Positions 37,101-51,295 of a stretch of DNA of 64,000 bases are shown here, piece after piece. Numbering within the stretch: position 1 is the first letter of the stretch; every line of letters begins with the position of its first letter. The translations under genes and the position numbers were made by a program. The DNA lies in NCBI RefSeq assembly GCF_036365525.1, contig NC_090373.1:193152161-193216160 (forward strand), in the 5' to 3' direction. This DNA comes from Heterodontus francisci. Its lineage: Eukaryota. The notes beneath the pieces are model-generated. The model saw only the letters and a program-made list of their open reading frames with translations. It was not told the DNA's origin and ran no database searches.

Positions 37101-38052
37101 CAAATTGAAATCAATGATGTAAAATCTTGCCACAGCTAGTTAGTACACTGGGCATGTCACATCACTTGGCACTGATTCTGTCTGCAATTCAAACAGGTGA
37201 AGTTACCAATCTGAATGAAAGAACATGTACTACTGTACAATTAGCAGTACCACACAATCTCTTCCAGTCAGCGTCAGTTTGGATTTAAAATCATCCCTAT
37301 ACAAATCAATGTAGCATCCCACTGCAGTGAAGTTAAAAAAAAAATCACTGCTGTGATCATTTCAAGAACACTGAAGTGAATTTATCATAAAACAAATGGA
37401 AGACCATGATGAGGGAATGAGTGCAGGAAATTAAGATTTAAATTTTTCAGCTAACATTAAGGTTCTTAAAAAACCCTGAAATTTTGTACATGAATTCCTA
37501 GCTCTTCCCCTTTCCAATAAACCACAATGAAAAGAAGTTCCAGGGCAGCATGACCCAAGGTGAAGTCCATGAACTGAGCTGTAGTAATTTCCACGAATTC
37601 AGGCTACCAGATTGAAAACAATCTTCTATTTGAGTGCATGTTTGTTCCAGACTAAAGCTTTCTTCACCCTAGCACGCCTAACTGTGTTAGACTCCAAACA
37701 AGCACTTAAAATTCCATGGTGTACGGCAAGGTGGTAGGCTGTCAGAGCAAAAAAAACCAAAAAGGCAGAAAACAATCTAAGTTCGATGGAGTCTCAATGT
37801 AACACACATTCCTCAAGATCAAATGGGTAAAATTCAAAATGGCATCCCACTGGGACCTAAAGGAGATTACTTCTCTTGGATTTGTAACTATGAAGCAAGG
37901 TGGTAAGATGCTGGCACCGGTTATAGGACCGGGAATGAGTTTTTTGTCACAAGCATGTCTTATCCAGTGATCAACCGCAGTTGCTTTGTGCCAAAACCCA
38001 AGCTGTTTTGTTCCGTGACTAATTTCAGTTCGAGGCTGTTGCAAAGTCACCG

Positions 38053-38075
38053 TCAACTATCCATGCTACTGCAAG
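38053..38075 (-). CDS. WDR26: WD repeat protein 26, last coding exon
   Basis: ttcctctttctcctcaag/CT TGC AGT AGC ATG GAT AGT TGA = (A)CSSMDS*, matching the WDR26 C-terminus. Phase is compatible with the upstream exon. Confidence 0.85.
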
Positions 38076-38336
38076 CTTGAGGAGAAAGAGGAACACTAGA
38101 TTAATATGGTAAAGCAAATTTGAAATTAAACCATTTGTGGCCAGCACATGTGTGATTTAACGTAACTGCATTACAGGGAAACAATTGTTTGGGCTGTTCA
38201 ATGAACAATGTTGCTGGTTCCAGGTATCCCACAGTGGGTCCCCTAGTGACTGTCCATCAGGAAGAGATCTGAATTTAGCTTTCCCTTCAAATGTTTTAGT
38301 TTTGGAGTCACTTTACCAAATTGGTTACATCAACAC

Positions 38337-38680
38337 GGGCGGCACAGAGGTTAGCACCGCAGCCTCACAGCTCCAGCGACCCGGGTTCAATTCTGGGTAC
38401 TGCCTGTGTGGAGTTTGCAATTCTCCCTGTGTCTGTGTGGGTTTTTGCCGGGTGCTCCGGTTTCCTCCCACCACCAAAAGACTTGCAGGTTGGTAGGTAA
38501 ATTGGCCATTATAAATTGCCCCTAGTATAGGTAGGTGGTAGGGGAATAGAGGGACAGGTGGGGATGTGGTAGGAATATGGGATTAGTGTAGGATTAGTAT
38601 AAATGGGTGGTTGATGGTCGGCACAGACTCGGTGGGCCGAAGGGCCTGTTTCAGTGCTGTATCTCTAAATAAATAAATAA
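38337..38680 (+). mobile_element. tRNA-derived V-SINE (HE1-like)
   Basis: Near-identical to 26257-26608; (TAAA)n tail; AACAC direct repeat on both sides. Confidence 0.88.
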
Positions 38681-39204
38681 ACACATGGACTTGGAATTAA
38701 AGAAATGACAGAACACACAGCAGCCATTCAGTTCTATTGCACCTGTGCTGCCAGCTTTTCAACTAGAGCTCTAAACTCAATTCGGGTAATGTTGGCAAAA
38801 TGCTAATTATTCCATGCTTACACACACACTGGAAAAAAATAGTGAACACACTGAAATTTAAGAAACAAGGCATAAACATTTTGGTAATATAGGCTCTCAA
38901 CTTAAAAGGAATTTGTACTGTTTTTGATTTAGAAACCATCAAAAATCTGCAATTCTTTTGCATCTTTAATGTAGGAAAGACACATCAAAATCAGTGTAAA
39001 CCATTTCTGCAGAATGCGATTCCAGGCTTCAAGTGGTGTAAAGTCATAACTTGAATCCTAAAGCTCCACAATTTTATTTTTCTGCTAATTGTCTAATCCC
39101 AGTAATTTCCAGTACAAACATCCTATTAACAGTGTTCATATAATTTTGCCTTGTAAACCAATATGCAGCTACTGTACATCTTACAACGCCAAGTTTGTGA
39201 CGTA

Positions 39205-40049
<845 letters not shown>

Positions 40050-41344
40050 TCACACGCAGATCCAACCCATATTTCACAAATTGATTAGTAACAAGAAAAT
40101 TAAATGGTAAAAGTTTAGTGTTAATTACTGTTATGTTAGCATTTTATCATTAAACCCCCGCTGCAGTCTCCTGGCTGAGGGGGTCAGGCAGGCAGTCTAC
40201 TCTCTGCTCTCAGCCACTCCGCACTCAACCATCTAGAAGGGGCCTCTATATTAGATGCAGCCTGGCAAAAGTGCAGATCAGGGCAACTTGCCCAGTGATT
40301 TCTCTTTTCCACACTGTGGAAGAATCAGGCTTCTGTTTGTCACCTCCTAACCAATGCACCCAACACCAGCAAATGCAGAGAATCAGGAGACAGAATGGGA
40401 CAGGGTAGGGCAGGAGAGATTTTGCCTTCCCATTCTGTGATGGAGCAACAACTTCCTATCTCAGCTGACAGTTACCATCATCCACCACTGGTCACAGTTC
40501 CAAATCAGAGCTATATTGTTTGGTGGATGGCAAGCAAAAATGTCCCACTTTCCCACAGGGAGTCGGCAGCAGAAAACCTTTTTAAAAAATCTACTGTGAA
40601 CCCTCAATTCTAGTCAATTAACTACCTGAGTTAACTGAATGGGGCTGAACACACTCTTTCATCACAGGCGTCATCACAATTAAAGTGCCCCAATATTAAA
40701 AAAAAATCTCATTTACAGATACAAGCTGAAGACTGTATTTTAAAGAAAGATGTGTGTTTCCAAACTGCTAATCTCTATTTTTTTTTAAACCCCTTAGGTT
40801 CGCACGAACAGCCACAACCCAGGGTGAAGGTCAGGAGGAGGCAGCTATAGCAGTCAGCACTGAAAACAGTCTGTTACAAAATCTTCAATGTACCTTTGTT
40901 ACTCAGGAGTGGCATCACAGCACAGCAAATCATCAGCACACAGTTCAGGGCAGTGCAAACAGGGTCGCCAACCTTTGATCAGAGCTGTGGTGCTGTGGGA
41001 AACTGATAAGCTGAGGACAGATGGTTCTCCATATGGGGAGGTGCAAGTCAACCAGCTCAAAGCAGAAAGAGCTGAGAGCAGACTCCATGCCTGTCCCTCT
41101 CTGCCCCAGGATGTGGTGAGTCCTAGGAAAGCTGATGATATTTATCATCTCACAATGCTAGTAAGATTGTGTGAAAAATAGAAAATGTGGACCATAAAAT
41201 TTTATACAGTCATTGCTGAAAAACAAATTGTTTGAGGTAGATCCACAAAGTGACACAGGAAATATTAGAATCATAGAAAGTTTAAGGCACAGAAAGAGGC
41301 CACTTGGCCCATCATGTCTGTGCCGGCCGAAAAACGATGCACCG

Positions 41345-43085
41345 ACTTTGGAATCAAGAGAAAATGGGTGAGATTCTAAACGAGTACTTTGCATCGGTAT
41401 TCACCGAGGAGAGGGATATGACGGATGTTGAGGTTCGGGACAGATGTTTGATTACTCTAGGTCAAGTCGGCATAAGGAGGGAGAAAGTGTTGGGTATTCT
41501 AAAAGGCATTAAGGTGGACAAGTCCCCAGGTCCGGATGGGATCTATCCCAGGTTACTGTGGGAAGCGAGAGAGGAAATAGCTGGGGCCTTAACAGATATC
41601 TTTGCAACATCCTTAAACACGGGTGAGGTCCCGGAGGACTGGAGAATTGCTAATGTTGTCCCCTTGTTTAAGAAGGGTAGCAGGGATAATCCAGGTAATT
41701 ATAGACCGGTGAGCCTGACGTCAGTGGTAGGGAAGCTGCTGGAGAAGATACTGAGGGATAGGATCTATTCCCATCTGGAAGAAAATGGGCTTATCAGTGA
41801 TAGGCAACATGGTTTTGTGCAGGGAAGGTCATGTCTTACCAACTTAATAGAATTCTTTGAGGAAGTGACAAAGTTGATTGATGAGGGAAGGGCTGTAGAT
41901 GTCATATACATGGACTTCAGTAAGGCGTTTGATAAGGTTCCCCATGGTAGGCTGATGGAGAAAGTGAAGGCGCATGGGGTCCAAGGTGTACTAGCTAGAT
42001 GGATAAAGAACTGGCTGGGCAACAGGAGACAGAGAGTAGCAGTGGAAGGGAGTTTCTCAAAATGGAGATGTGTGACCAGTGGTGTTCCACAGGGATCCGT
42101 GCTGGGACCACTGTTGTTTGTGATATACATTAATGATTTGGAGGAACGTATAGGTGGTCTGATTAGCAAGTTTGCAGACGACACTAAGATTGCTGGAGTA
42201 GCAGATAGTGAAGGGGACTGTCAGAGAATACAGCAGAATATAGATAGACTGGAGAGTTGGGCAGAGAAATGGCAGATGGAGTTCAATCAGGGCAAATGCG
42301 AGGTGATGCATTTTGGAAGATCCAATTCAAGAGTGAACTACACAGTAAATGGAAAAGTCCTGGGGAAAATTGATGTACAGAGAGATTTGGGTGTTCAGGT
42401 CCATTGTTCCCTGAAGGTGGCAACGCAGGTCAATAGAGTGGTCAAGAAGGCATGCTTTCCTTCATCGGACGGGGTATTGAGTACAAGAGTTGGCAGGTCA
42501 TGTTACAGTTGTATAGGACTTTGGTTCGGCCACATTTGGAATACTGCGTGCAGTTCTGGTCGCCACATTATCAAAAGGATGTGGATGCTTTGGAGAGGGT
42601 GCAGAGGAGGTTCACCAGGATGTTGCCTGGTATGGAGGGCGCTAGCTATGAAGAGAGGTTGAGTAGATTAGGATTATTTTCATTAGAAAGACGGAGGTTG
42701 AGGGGGGACCTGATTGAGGTGTACAAAATCATGAGAGGTATAGACAGAGTGGATAGCAAGAAGCTTTTTCCCCAGAGTGGGGGATTCAATTACTAGGGGA
42801 CACGAGTTCAAAGTGAAAGGGGAAAGGTTTAGGGGGGATATGCGTGGAAATCTCTTTACGCAGAGGGTGGTGGGTGCATGGAACGCTTTGCCAGCGGAGG
42901 TGGTAGACGCGGGCACGATAGCCTCTTTTAAGATGTATCTAGACAGATACATGAATGGGCAGGAAGTAAAGAGATACAGACCCTTAGAAAATAGGCGACA
43001 GGTTTAGATAGAGGATTTGGATCGGCGTAGGCTTGGAAGGCCGAAGGGCCTGTTCCTGTGCTGTAATTTTCTTTGTTCTTTGTAC
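41345..43085 (+). mobile_element. Young 5'-truncated CR1 LINE (RT region to 3' tail)
   Basis: ORF with KSPGPDG, NYRPVSLTS, QHGF, DFSKAFDKV, GVPQGSVLGP, FADD. Frameshifts near 42450 and 42770. Confidence 0.95.
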
Positions 43086-43086
43086 T

Positions 43087-44155
43087 TTAATCCCACCTTC
43101 CAGTATTTGGTCCGTAGCCCTGCAGATTACGGCACTTGAGGTGCATTTCCAGACTCCTTTTGAATGAATTCCAGACCCCCACCACCCTCCAGGTGAACAA
43201 GTTTTTCCTCATCACCCCTCTAATTTTTCTACCAATCACTTTAAATCTATGCCCCCTTGTCACTGACCTCTCTGCTAAGGTGAATAGGCCCTTCACCTCC
43301 ACTCTATCCAGGCCACACAAAATTTTGTACATTTCAATCAGATCTCCCCTCAGCCTTCTCTGTTCCAAGGAAAACAACCCCAGCCTATCCAATCTTTCCT
43401 CATAGCTGCATTTTTCCAATCCTGGCAACATCCTCATAAATCTCCTCTGTACCCTCGCTAGTGCAATTACATCCTTTCTGTAATGAGGTGACCAGGACTA
43501 CACACAATACTCAAGTTGTGACCTAACCAATGATTTATACAGTTCCAGCATAACATCCCTGCTCTTATATTCTATACCTCGGCTAATAAAGGAAAGCATT
43601 CCATATGCCTTCTTAACCACCTTATCGACCTATCCTACTACCTTCAGGGACCTGTGGACATTCACTCCAAGGTCCCTCACTTCCTCTACACTTCTCAGTA
43701 TTTTCCCTTGGCCTTGTTTGACCTCCCCAAATACATGACCTCACACTTCTCCAGGTTGAATTCCATTTGCCTCTTTTCTGCCCATCTGACCAGACCATCA
43801 ATATCTTCCTGCAGCTATCCTCCTCGCTATCTACCACACAGCCAATCTTAGTGTCATCTGCAAACTTCTTGATCATGTCCCCTAGACCACATAAACTGCA
43901 CTACCCTCATCTATCTTCCTTGTTACTTCTTCAAAAACTTTGATCAAGTTGGTCAGACAAGATCTTCCCTTAACAAATCCATGCTGACTATCCTTGATTA
44001 ATCTGGGCCTAAGTGACAGTTTATCCTGTCTCAGAATAGATTCCAGTAATTTGCCCACTACTGAGGTTAGACTGACTGGCCTGTAATTATTCGGTCTATC
44101 CATCGCTCCCTTTTTAAACAGAGGTACAAGGTTAGCAGTTCTCCAATCCTTCCAG
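43087..44155 (-). mobile_element. CR1 LINE fragment (its 3' tail lies at ~41265-41340)
   Basis: [43 protein letters not shown] on the - strand. Confidence 0.88.
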
Positions 44156-44412
44156 TGGATTATTATTGTATTATTATTGTATTTACTGCAATTTTTTCTG
44201 GCCCAATTATATGGTGGGTTTCTGTTAATAAAATGCCAAGACCTAGGCATTTAATGATCATTTTCTCTCTAACACCCACATCAAGACCTACCATGGGCGG
44301 GCAAACAGAACTAAGTGGATAACTCTTGCAGAGAGCTGGCATAGGTACAATGGGCCAAATGGTTTCCACCCGTGCTGTAAAGGTCTATGATGTTGTGTAC
44401 CCCTCTTCTTAC

Positions 44413-44542
44413 CTTCACTGCCACTGGCTATAAAGTCTTCATTGTTGCCTCCAAAACATGAATGAATTGTGTAAAACCCTTGTGTGACACCTTGATACTT
44501 TCTCACTAAAACACGGTCCTGCAGGTCCCATAGATGAACTCC
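44413..44542 (-). CDS. WDR26: WD repeat protein 26, internal coding exon
   Basis: [43 protein letters not shown](D), 130 nt, AG/GT boundaries. Confidence 0.95.
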
Positions 44543-46039
44543 CTGGCAACAGAAGATAGGCAAAAGTTTAGATTTTCTTTCTATTGCATTTCATGCTAGA
44601 TAAAATAGCCTTAAATAAAAAATGTGCAATTAACATTCAGATGTTCTGGACAGTAGGAAGGGATGATACCCAGATGGCCACCTTACAGTAATAATTTGAT
44701 TAGAAGTACCTTTTTGGTTGACAGAGAGCATCTGAAAAGATTAAGATTTCTGGTTCTGGCAAGGGTTCAACATTAAGCTGCCCCTTGTCTTTTCAGATGC
44801 AGATTGGTCTTCTGTACTTTTCCGGTATTTCCATTTAAATTTTTAAAAAATTTATAGCATTTGCAGAGCTACGCAGATAAACACTCCACACTGGGCTTTA
44901 AAAGTCGAGGCCACTGCAGCTCTTAGTGCATGGTTTGAGCGCTAGCCAGTAGCTAACAATTTTTCCATTGATGGTTTTAACTATTTAACCAAACTGGCTC
45001 ACTGTGGTTAAGTGAGTTTGGATGTAATCAGCTATCATGCACTCATGTTTCTTCCAAACTCTGATGCATTATAGTTTGGCTGTGTTCCTGGCCCAGAGTC
45101 TTTTAAACGCAGCAATAATCCACCTCCCTCCCCATCTTTCAGATCTTTTTAAAGCACTATTTCTTTGACCAAGCTTTTAGTTACCCTCTTATATTTAATG
45201 TCCATGTTTTGTTGTACACCTCTGTGAAGCACCGTGGGACTTTTTCTACACCGAGAGGTACTATATAGATGGAAAAACAGCAGCTTACATCATGTCCACA
45301 TTGCTTTTCTCCACATTAGTCATCTTATCTAATCTTACGCTTCCCCATTCCCTTTCACAGATACACAGACATGGATCCAAAGAATGAAATATTGCAAGGA
45401 TAACCAAAAGCTTGGTCAATGAAGTGGAATTTTAAAAGATCTTAAAGGAGAGAAGGGAGGTGGAGTGGCTTAAGAAAGTATTTCTAGATCATGGGGTACA
45501 GGTGGCTGAAGGCATGGTTACCAGCAATGAGGCAACGGAAGAGAAACACATAAGAGGGCAGACTCAAATTGTTTCAGTTCTGGAACACTCTATGATTCCA
45601 AGTTAATGCTGGAAACAGCACACTTTCCACATTAAGTACCTCCTGCCAGCATAAAGGTACTCTACCTCGACAATTTAGTTCAGCTCCAGAGGAGTGCATT
45701 TATTTGTGCCAGATTACCAGCTAGTGCCGTTTAGTGCTGTGAGCCCTTATTCATATTCAAAGCTCCCCAAGCATTCACTATTCAGTACTGTACTAGAAAA
45801 TGATACAATAGAACCTCATTATAACAAACATTTATTTTACACGAAGAGGTACAAATTTCTCAGTTATAAGTTTTGCCAGGATTGAAATATGTTTGATAAT
45901 TAAACCTTTCATAATTTCAGTACAAATTGATCAGCATTACTTGCAAAAAAGTCAGTGCAAAATATACACGGATTATTTAGGTCCCTGCAAAAAAAAAAGG
46001 CTCAAGCACAGAAAACAGCATGTTATGGTAAATGGTTGT

Positions 46040-47168
46040 TTCAAAAGGTGAAGTCACACGGGATCAGAGGTGAGCTGGCAAGATGGATACAGAACTGGCT
46101 CAGTCACAGAAGACAGAGGGTAACAGTGGATGGGTGTTTTTCTGAATGGAGGGATGTGACTAGTGGTGTTCCACAGGGATCAGTGCTGGGACCTTTGCTC
46201 TTTGTAGTATATATAAATGAGTTGGAGGAAAATGTCGCTGGTCTGATTAGTAAGTTTGCGGACAACACAAAGGCTGGTGGAGTTGCGGACAGTGATGAGG
46301 ATTGTCAGAAGATACAGCAGGATATAGATCGGTTGGAGACTTGGGCGGAGAAATGGCAGATGGAGTTTAATCCGGACAAATGTGAGATAATGCATTTTGG
46401 AAGGTCTAATGCAGGTGGGAAGTATACAGTAAATGGCAGAACCCTTAGGAGTATTGACAGGCAGCGAGATCTGGGCGTACAGGTCCACAGGTCACAAAGT
46501 GGCAACGCAGGTGGATAAGGTAGTCAAGAAGGCATACGGCATGCTTGCCTTCATCGGTCGGGGCATTGGGTATAAAAATTGGCAAGTCATGTTGCAGCTG
46601 TACAGAACTTTAGTTAGGCCACACTTAGAATATTGCGTGCAATTCTGGTCGCCACACTACCAGAAGGACGTGGAGGCTTTGGAGAGGGTACAGAAGAGGT
46701 TTACCAGGATGTTGCCTGGTCTGGAGGGCATTAGCTATGAGGAGAGGTTGGATAAACTCGGATTGTTTTCACTGGAACGACGGAGGTGGAGGGGTGACAT
46801 GATGGAGGTTTACAAAGTTATGAGAGGCATGGACAGAGTGGATAGTCAGAAGCTTTTTCCCAGGGTGGAAGAGTCAGTTACTAGGGGACATAGGCTTAAG
46901 GTGAGAGGGGCAAAGTTTAGAGGGGATGTGGGGGGCAAGTTCTTTACACAGAGGGTGGTGAGTGCCTGGAACTTGCTGCCGGGGGAGGTGGTGGAAGCAG
47001 GTACGATAATGACGTTTAAGAGGCATCTTGACAAATACATGAATAGGATGGAAATAGAGGGATACGGTCCCCGGAAGTGCAGAAGGTTTTAGTTTAGGCA
47101 GGCATCAAGATCGGCGCAGGCTTGGAGGGCCGAATGGCCTGTTCCTGTGCTGTACTGTTCTTTGTTCA
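46040..47168 (+). mobile_element. CR1 LINE 3' portion
   Basis: GVPQGSVLGPLLFVVYIN, KWQMEFN, RPHLEYCVQFWSPH, CR1 tail. Confidence 0.92.
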
Positions 47169-48235
47169 AACTGGAGGATGGTAGACAGTGGTGTTTCCCA
47201 AGGGTCAGTGCTGGGGCCACTGCTTTTTTGCTATATATAGATGACTTTGATCTTGGAATACAAAATGGAATTTCAAAATTTGTTGACACCAACTTGAAGG
47301 AGTGGCTAACAGTAATGATATGAGCAGCCTGCAGCAGGACATAGATAGGCTAGCAGAATGGGCAGACAAGTGGCAGATGGAATTTAATGCAGACATATGT
47401 GGGGTGATACATTTTGGCAAAAGGGATAGTGTGAGGCAATATCGACTTAACGGCAGTTCTAAAGAGTGTGCAGGAAGTATAATCGATCTTTGAAAATGGC
47501 AGGACATATTGAGTGTGTGGTTAGCAAAACTTATGGGATCTTCATCTTCATAAATAGAGGCATACAGTACAGAAGCAGGGAAGTTATGCTGAAACTTTAT
47601 AAAGCTCTGGTTAGGCCACAACTAGAATATTACATCCAGTTCTGGTCATCACACAGGAAAGATGTGAGGGTCCTTGAGAGAGTGCACAGGAGAGTTACCT
47701 GAATGTTTCCAGGGATGGGGGACACCTTAGTTACAAGGTTAGGCTGGAAGAAATGGGGTTGTTCTCCTTAGAGCAAAGGAGATTGAGGGGCAATTTCATA
47801 GATAAGTTAGACAAGGAAAAACTGTTCCCATTAACTGATGGGTCAAGGACTATGACACAGATTGAAAGTTCCGGGCAAGAGATGCAGGGGGAATGGAAGA
47901 AGGCATCTCACTACCACCTTCTCATGGGCAATTAGAAATGGGCAATAAATGCTGGCCTGGCCAGCAACGCCCACATCCCCATAAACGAAAAAAACACTTT
48001 TTTACGCAGTGAGTGGTAATGACCTGGAACACTCTGCCCACGAGGGTGGTGGAAGCTGAGACAATGATTTTAAAAGGAAATTGGATGGACACTTGAAGTA
48101 AATAAACTTGCAGGGCTACAAAGATTGAGCGGGGGGTGGGGGAGTGGGATTGACTGGATTGCTCCACAGAGAGCCAGCATGGACTTGATGGGCCGAACGG
48201 CTGCCTACTATGCCGTAAATGACCAAACATGACTC
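47169..48235 (+). mobile_element. Older CR1 fragment containing a family-B LINE tail (~47900-47995)
   Basis: LQQDIDRLAEWADKWQMEFN, RPQLEYYIQFWS; inserted GGCAATAAATGCTGGCCTGGCCAGC tail. Confidence 0.8.
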
Positions 48236-50419
48236 GGTAGGGCGTATGTGGGAAATTTGAACTTCTAAAACATAATCAGAAAAATACTTTAAAAATGCAA
48301 CAGGTGATTGAAGCAGCTCATTGCAAATAGTCTGGTTTCAATCCTAACACTGGCAAATTGCCTTATTTATTACAAACCAGATGTTTTCTGCTGGCAAATT
48401 CCAAAAGCCAGTCATTTCCTGAATTTCCATCATCCAGTGTTGTTCAAAGTTAAGAATCTGTAGCAGAATTCTCAATTGCTGGAAATCTTTTCAAAGTAAT
48501 GTCCACTGAGCTGTAAGATGCAGCTGGTTATACAAATAGAATTTGCACAGTATCTTCTTATTGCAGGCTCCCACTACTTCAGTCAGTTTCACTCAAATGG
48601 ATTTTCTTTTTCATGGAGTCACTATGGCTTGCAGTTGTGTACCGTTTAACCAGACGGCCCACTGGCTTTCTGGAGGTTGTAATGCTTAGTAAGTCACTGA
48701 GAACCTCCCTTCTCTATCTTTCTGAACAATGCTGCATTCTGATCACACTTGTAGATGAGTGGACACCACCGCTAGGTTTTTCTCTTTATATTGACCCAAG
48801 AGATGCAGTAATAAGCTCACTGTAAGAGGACCCTCAATACTCATAGGTCAGGAAGAACTGGAGAGGTGTAGTAATCAGCTCACCGCAATTGGGCCCTCAA
48901 TACTCTCAGATTATGAAGAGATCCATCATATTGTTACTATAAGAGACTGAGTTTCTGAATTCCAAAGAAAACGACAGCAACATGACCTTTTACATCACTA
49001 ACTGGAGACACCTGTCCACGCCTGAAACAAGAAATCAAGGTGACAGAGGTGATGGTCAAGGTCAAGAGATCCACTTTAACTGTGTGAAGTTAGTCAGCAC
49101 TGAGGTCATTGGAAGGATCTGGTATGTCCCTCCCAGCAAGTAGATTCATCATCGCTTTAATCCTCTCCATTGAGTGGTCTAAACACGCAGATCACAGTGT
49201 TGGGTCAAACAGGCAGACATTCAGAGCCATCATCCAAGGTCAAAAATCTCTCCATTCTGTCCTAAAACTACCAGATGTAGGACCACCCCCCCTCCAACCC
49301 ACAATCCCATTTCTATATTAGTTTTTAACTTTCAATTTCACAACTGACCCAAAAGCAGCTGAGTCAAATCTACTTTCAGTAAGGCAAAGTCCATCAAACA
49401 TTGTGCTAATCAAAAATCAGAGTTCTTCAACTTTAGGCAGTGAGCTTCTTTCATTAGTTTAAAAAATTTTCAGATTGCTGATGAAATCTATAGCGTTCGT
49501 TCCACCATCCTGCGTGCAACCATTAAAAAAAGTCTTAAAGGTAGTTGGACCAAGACCCTAAGTCACCATCACTACTTAGTGTCAAAAGCAGTATAAGCTT
49601 AAATCAGTTTTGGTTGTTTTGTGCAGACTTTCTACTCACTCTGGAGCGAATCGGCTTCTCCTGCCTTTTCTCTTCATCTTCCACTGTCTTTAGTTACATT
49701 TTCACCATGCAGAGGGAAACATATGAGTCCTGTTAAAAATTCAATTCCAAATAGCTGGCTGCTTCTTCAGGTATCCCAGAGAGATCAATGTACTTGCAGG
49801 TAGATATAACGGAGAGATCTTGCAGTAGAGGTTGGAGGAAAAGCACATAAAAAGACAAAAAAAAACACAAAGCTGCCATCAAGTGATAAATGCACCCCTC
49901 CCCATTAATCTGATCAGCTTCGTCAGAAGCAAAAAAGACAGCTGGTTTCAGTGCAGTGAATGCAGTGATAATACTGTGGGAAAGCATCAAGAACTAAGAC
50001 TAACGCTTCCTGCACAGTTTGTGGTGTTCAATACCAACATTCAATCTGCCATCTTAATGAATGGCCGACATTACACTGGTTTAAGGCCTACAAGTACCAG
50101 TGAATAATTTCCATCTGTTCAAATGGAAAGCATGCTTTTCTACATCTAATTATCTATATTATACCACCTCCTCACACATGAAGTTGGTTCATCATGACAA
50201 ACCGCCAGAAGTATCTCATGATGGAAGCAAATGTTAAAAAGTAAACACTACCATCGTAACTAGGAAATCCCAGGTTTGATCATTGCTGAATTGGCCTTAA
50301 TCAAATCATAATTAAGTCAGTTCTCCCACTGTTGATTGCTATCCAGCCAACTATGCTGAAAAATGCATGTGTGGATGTTGGACGGGGGAGAAAAGTGGCT
50401 TGGCTGTGATAATTTCTTT

Positions 50420-50840
50420 GTTAATTCATTCAGCAGATATGGCCATTGCTGGCAAAGACAGCATTTACTGCCCATCCTGAAATGCTCTTAAACTGGTGTT
50501 CTGAGCTGCCTTGACAAGTGAGTGGCTTGCTGGGCCATTTCAGAGGGCAGCTAAGAGTCAGCCACATTACTGTGGGTCTGGAGTCACATGTTGGCCAGAC
50601 GGGGTAAGGACAGCAGTTTTCCTTCCCTGAAGAAAATTAGCAAACCAGATGGGTTTTTAATGACAATCTGGTAGTTACATGTGCACAATTACTAATATTA
50701 GTTTTTTAAATAACAGATTTATTTAATTAACAGAACTCAAATTCCTCAGCCGCCGTTGAGAGATTAGAACTCATGTCTCCAGATCATTAATCCAGGCTTC
50801 TGGATTATTAGTCCAGTAACATAACCACTATGCTATCGTT
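50420..50840 (-). mobile_element. tRNA-headed SINE sharing its 3' tail with family-B LINE
   Basis: Reverse strand starts with a tRNA-like head (GATAGCATAGTGGTTATGTTACTGGACTAATAATCCAGA) and ends with a decayed version of the family-B tail seen at 300-360. Confidence 0.6.
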
Positions 50841-51295
50841 CCCAATATAACCACACCTCCCAACGTCAAACTGCCATATTGGATCAGGCAAGAAGAATGT
50901 CCACTTGGGTAAGGGACCTGGGGAAGCAGGCACCCACAAAACCATCCCTCAGCACCTCGAAGGTAGGAACTACAGGGAGTGCTATGTACAAAAGTGGATT
51001 TGTAAGGACACGGGTTTGTGCTCACAATTCTTGAATCACAGTTATCCAATTTAAACTGCACTGTTATAAGTGCATACTTGCTTTTAGATAACACTATTTC
51101 AACACTGCCAAAAAACAGCTCAAAATGTTCCATACAGTGAAGTACAGCAAGTTATATAGGCAAACTCCCCCGTAATAAAGGTACTGAGTGAAGGCCAAGA
51201 GAGAGGGCAGAAAAGGTCGGTCACCCCAGGTTGGTCTCACATAGGCAGTTTCAGACTCCCAACAGTAGAGGGCTAGGAACTCTATTAAAATATGA

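Noticed and set aside
38076-38097. Alternative upstream acceptor for the WDR26 last exon
   Set aside because: It is 20 nt away, would shift the frame and lose CSSMDS, and has a weak pyrimidine tract.
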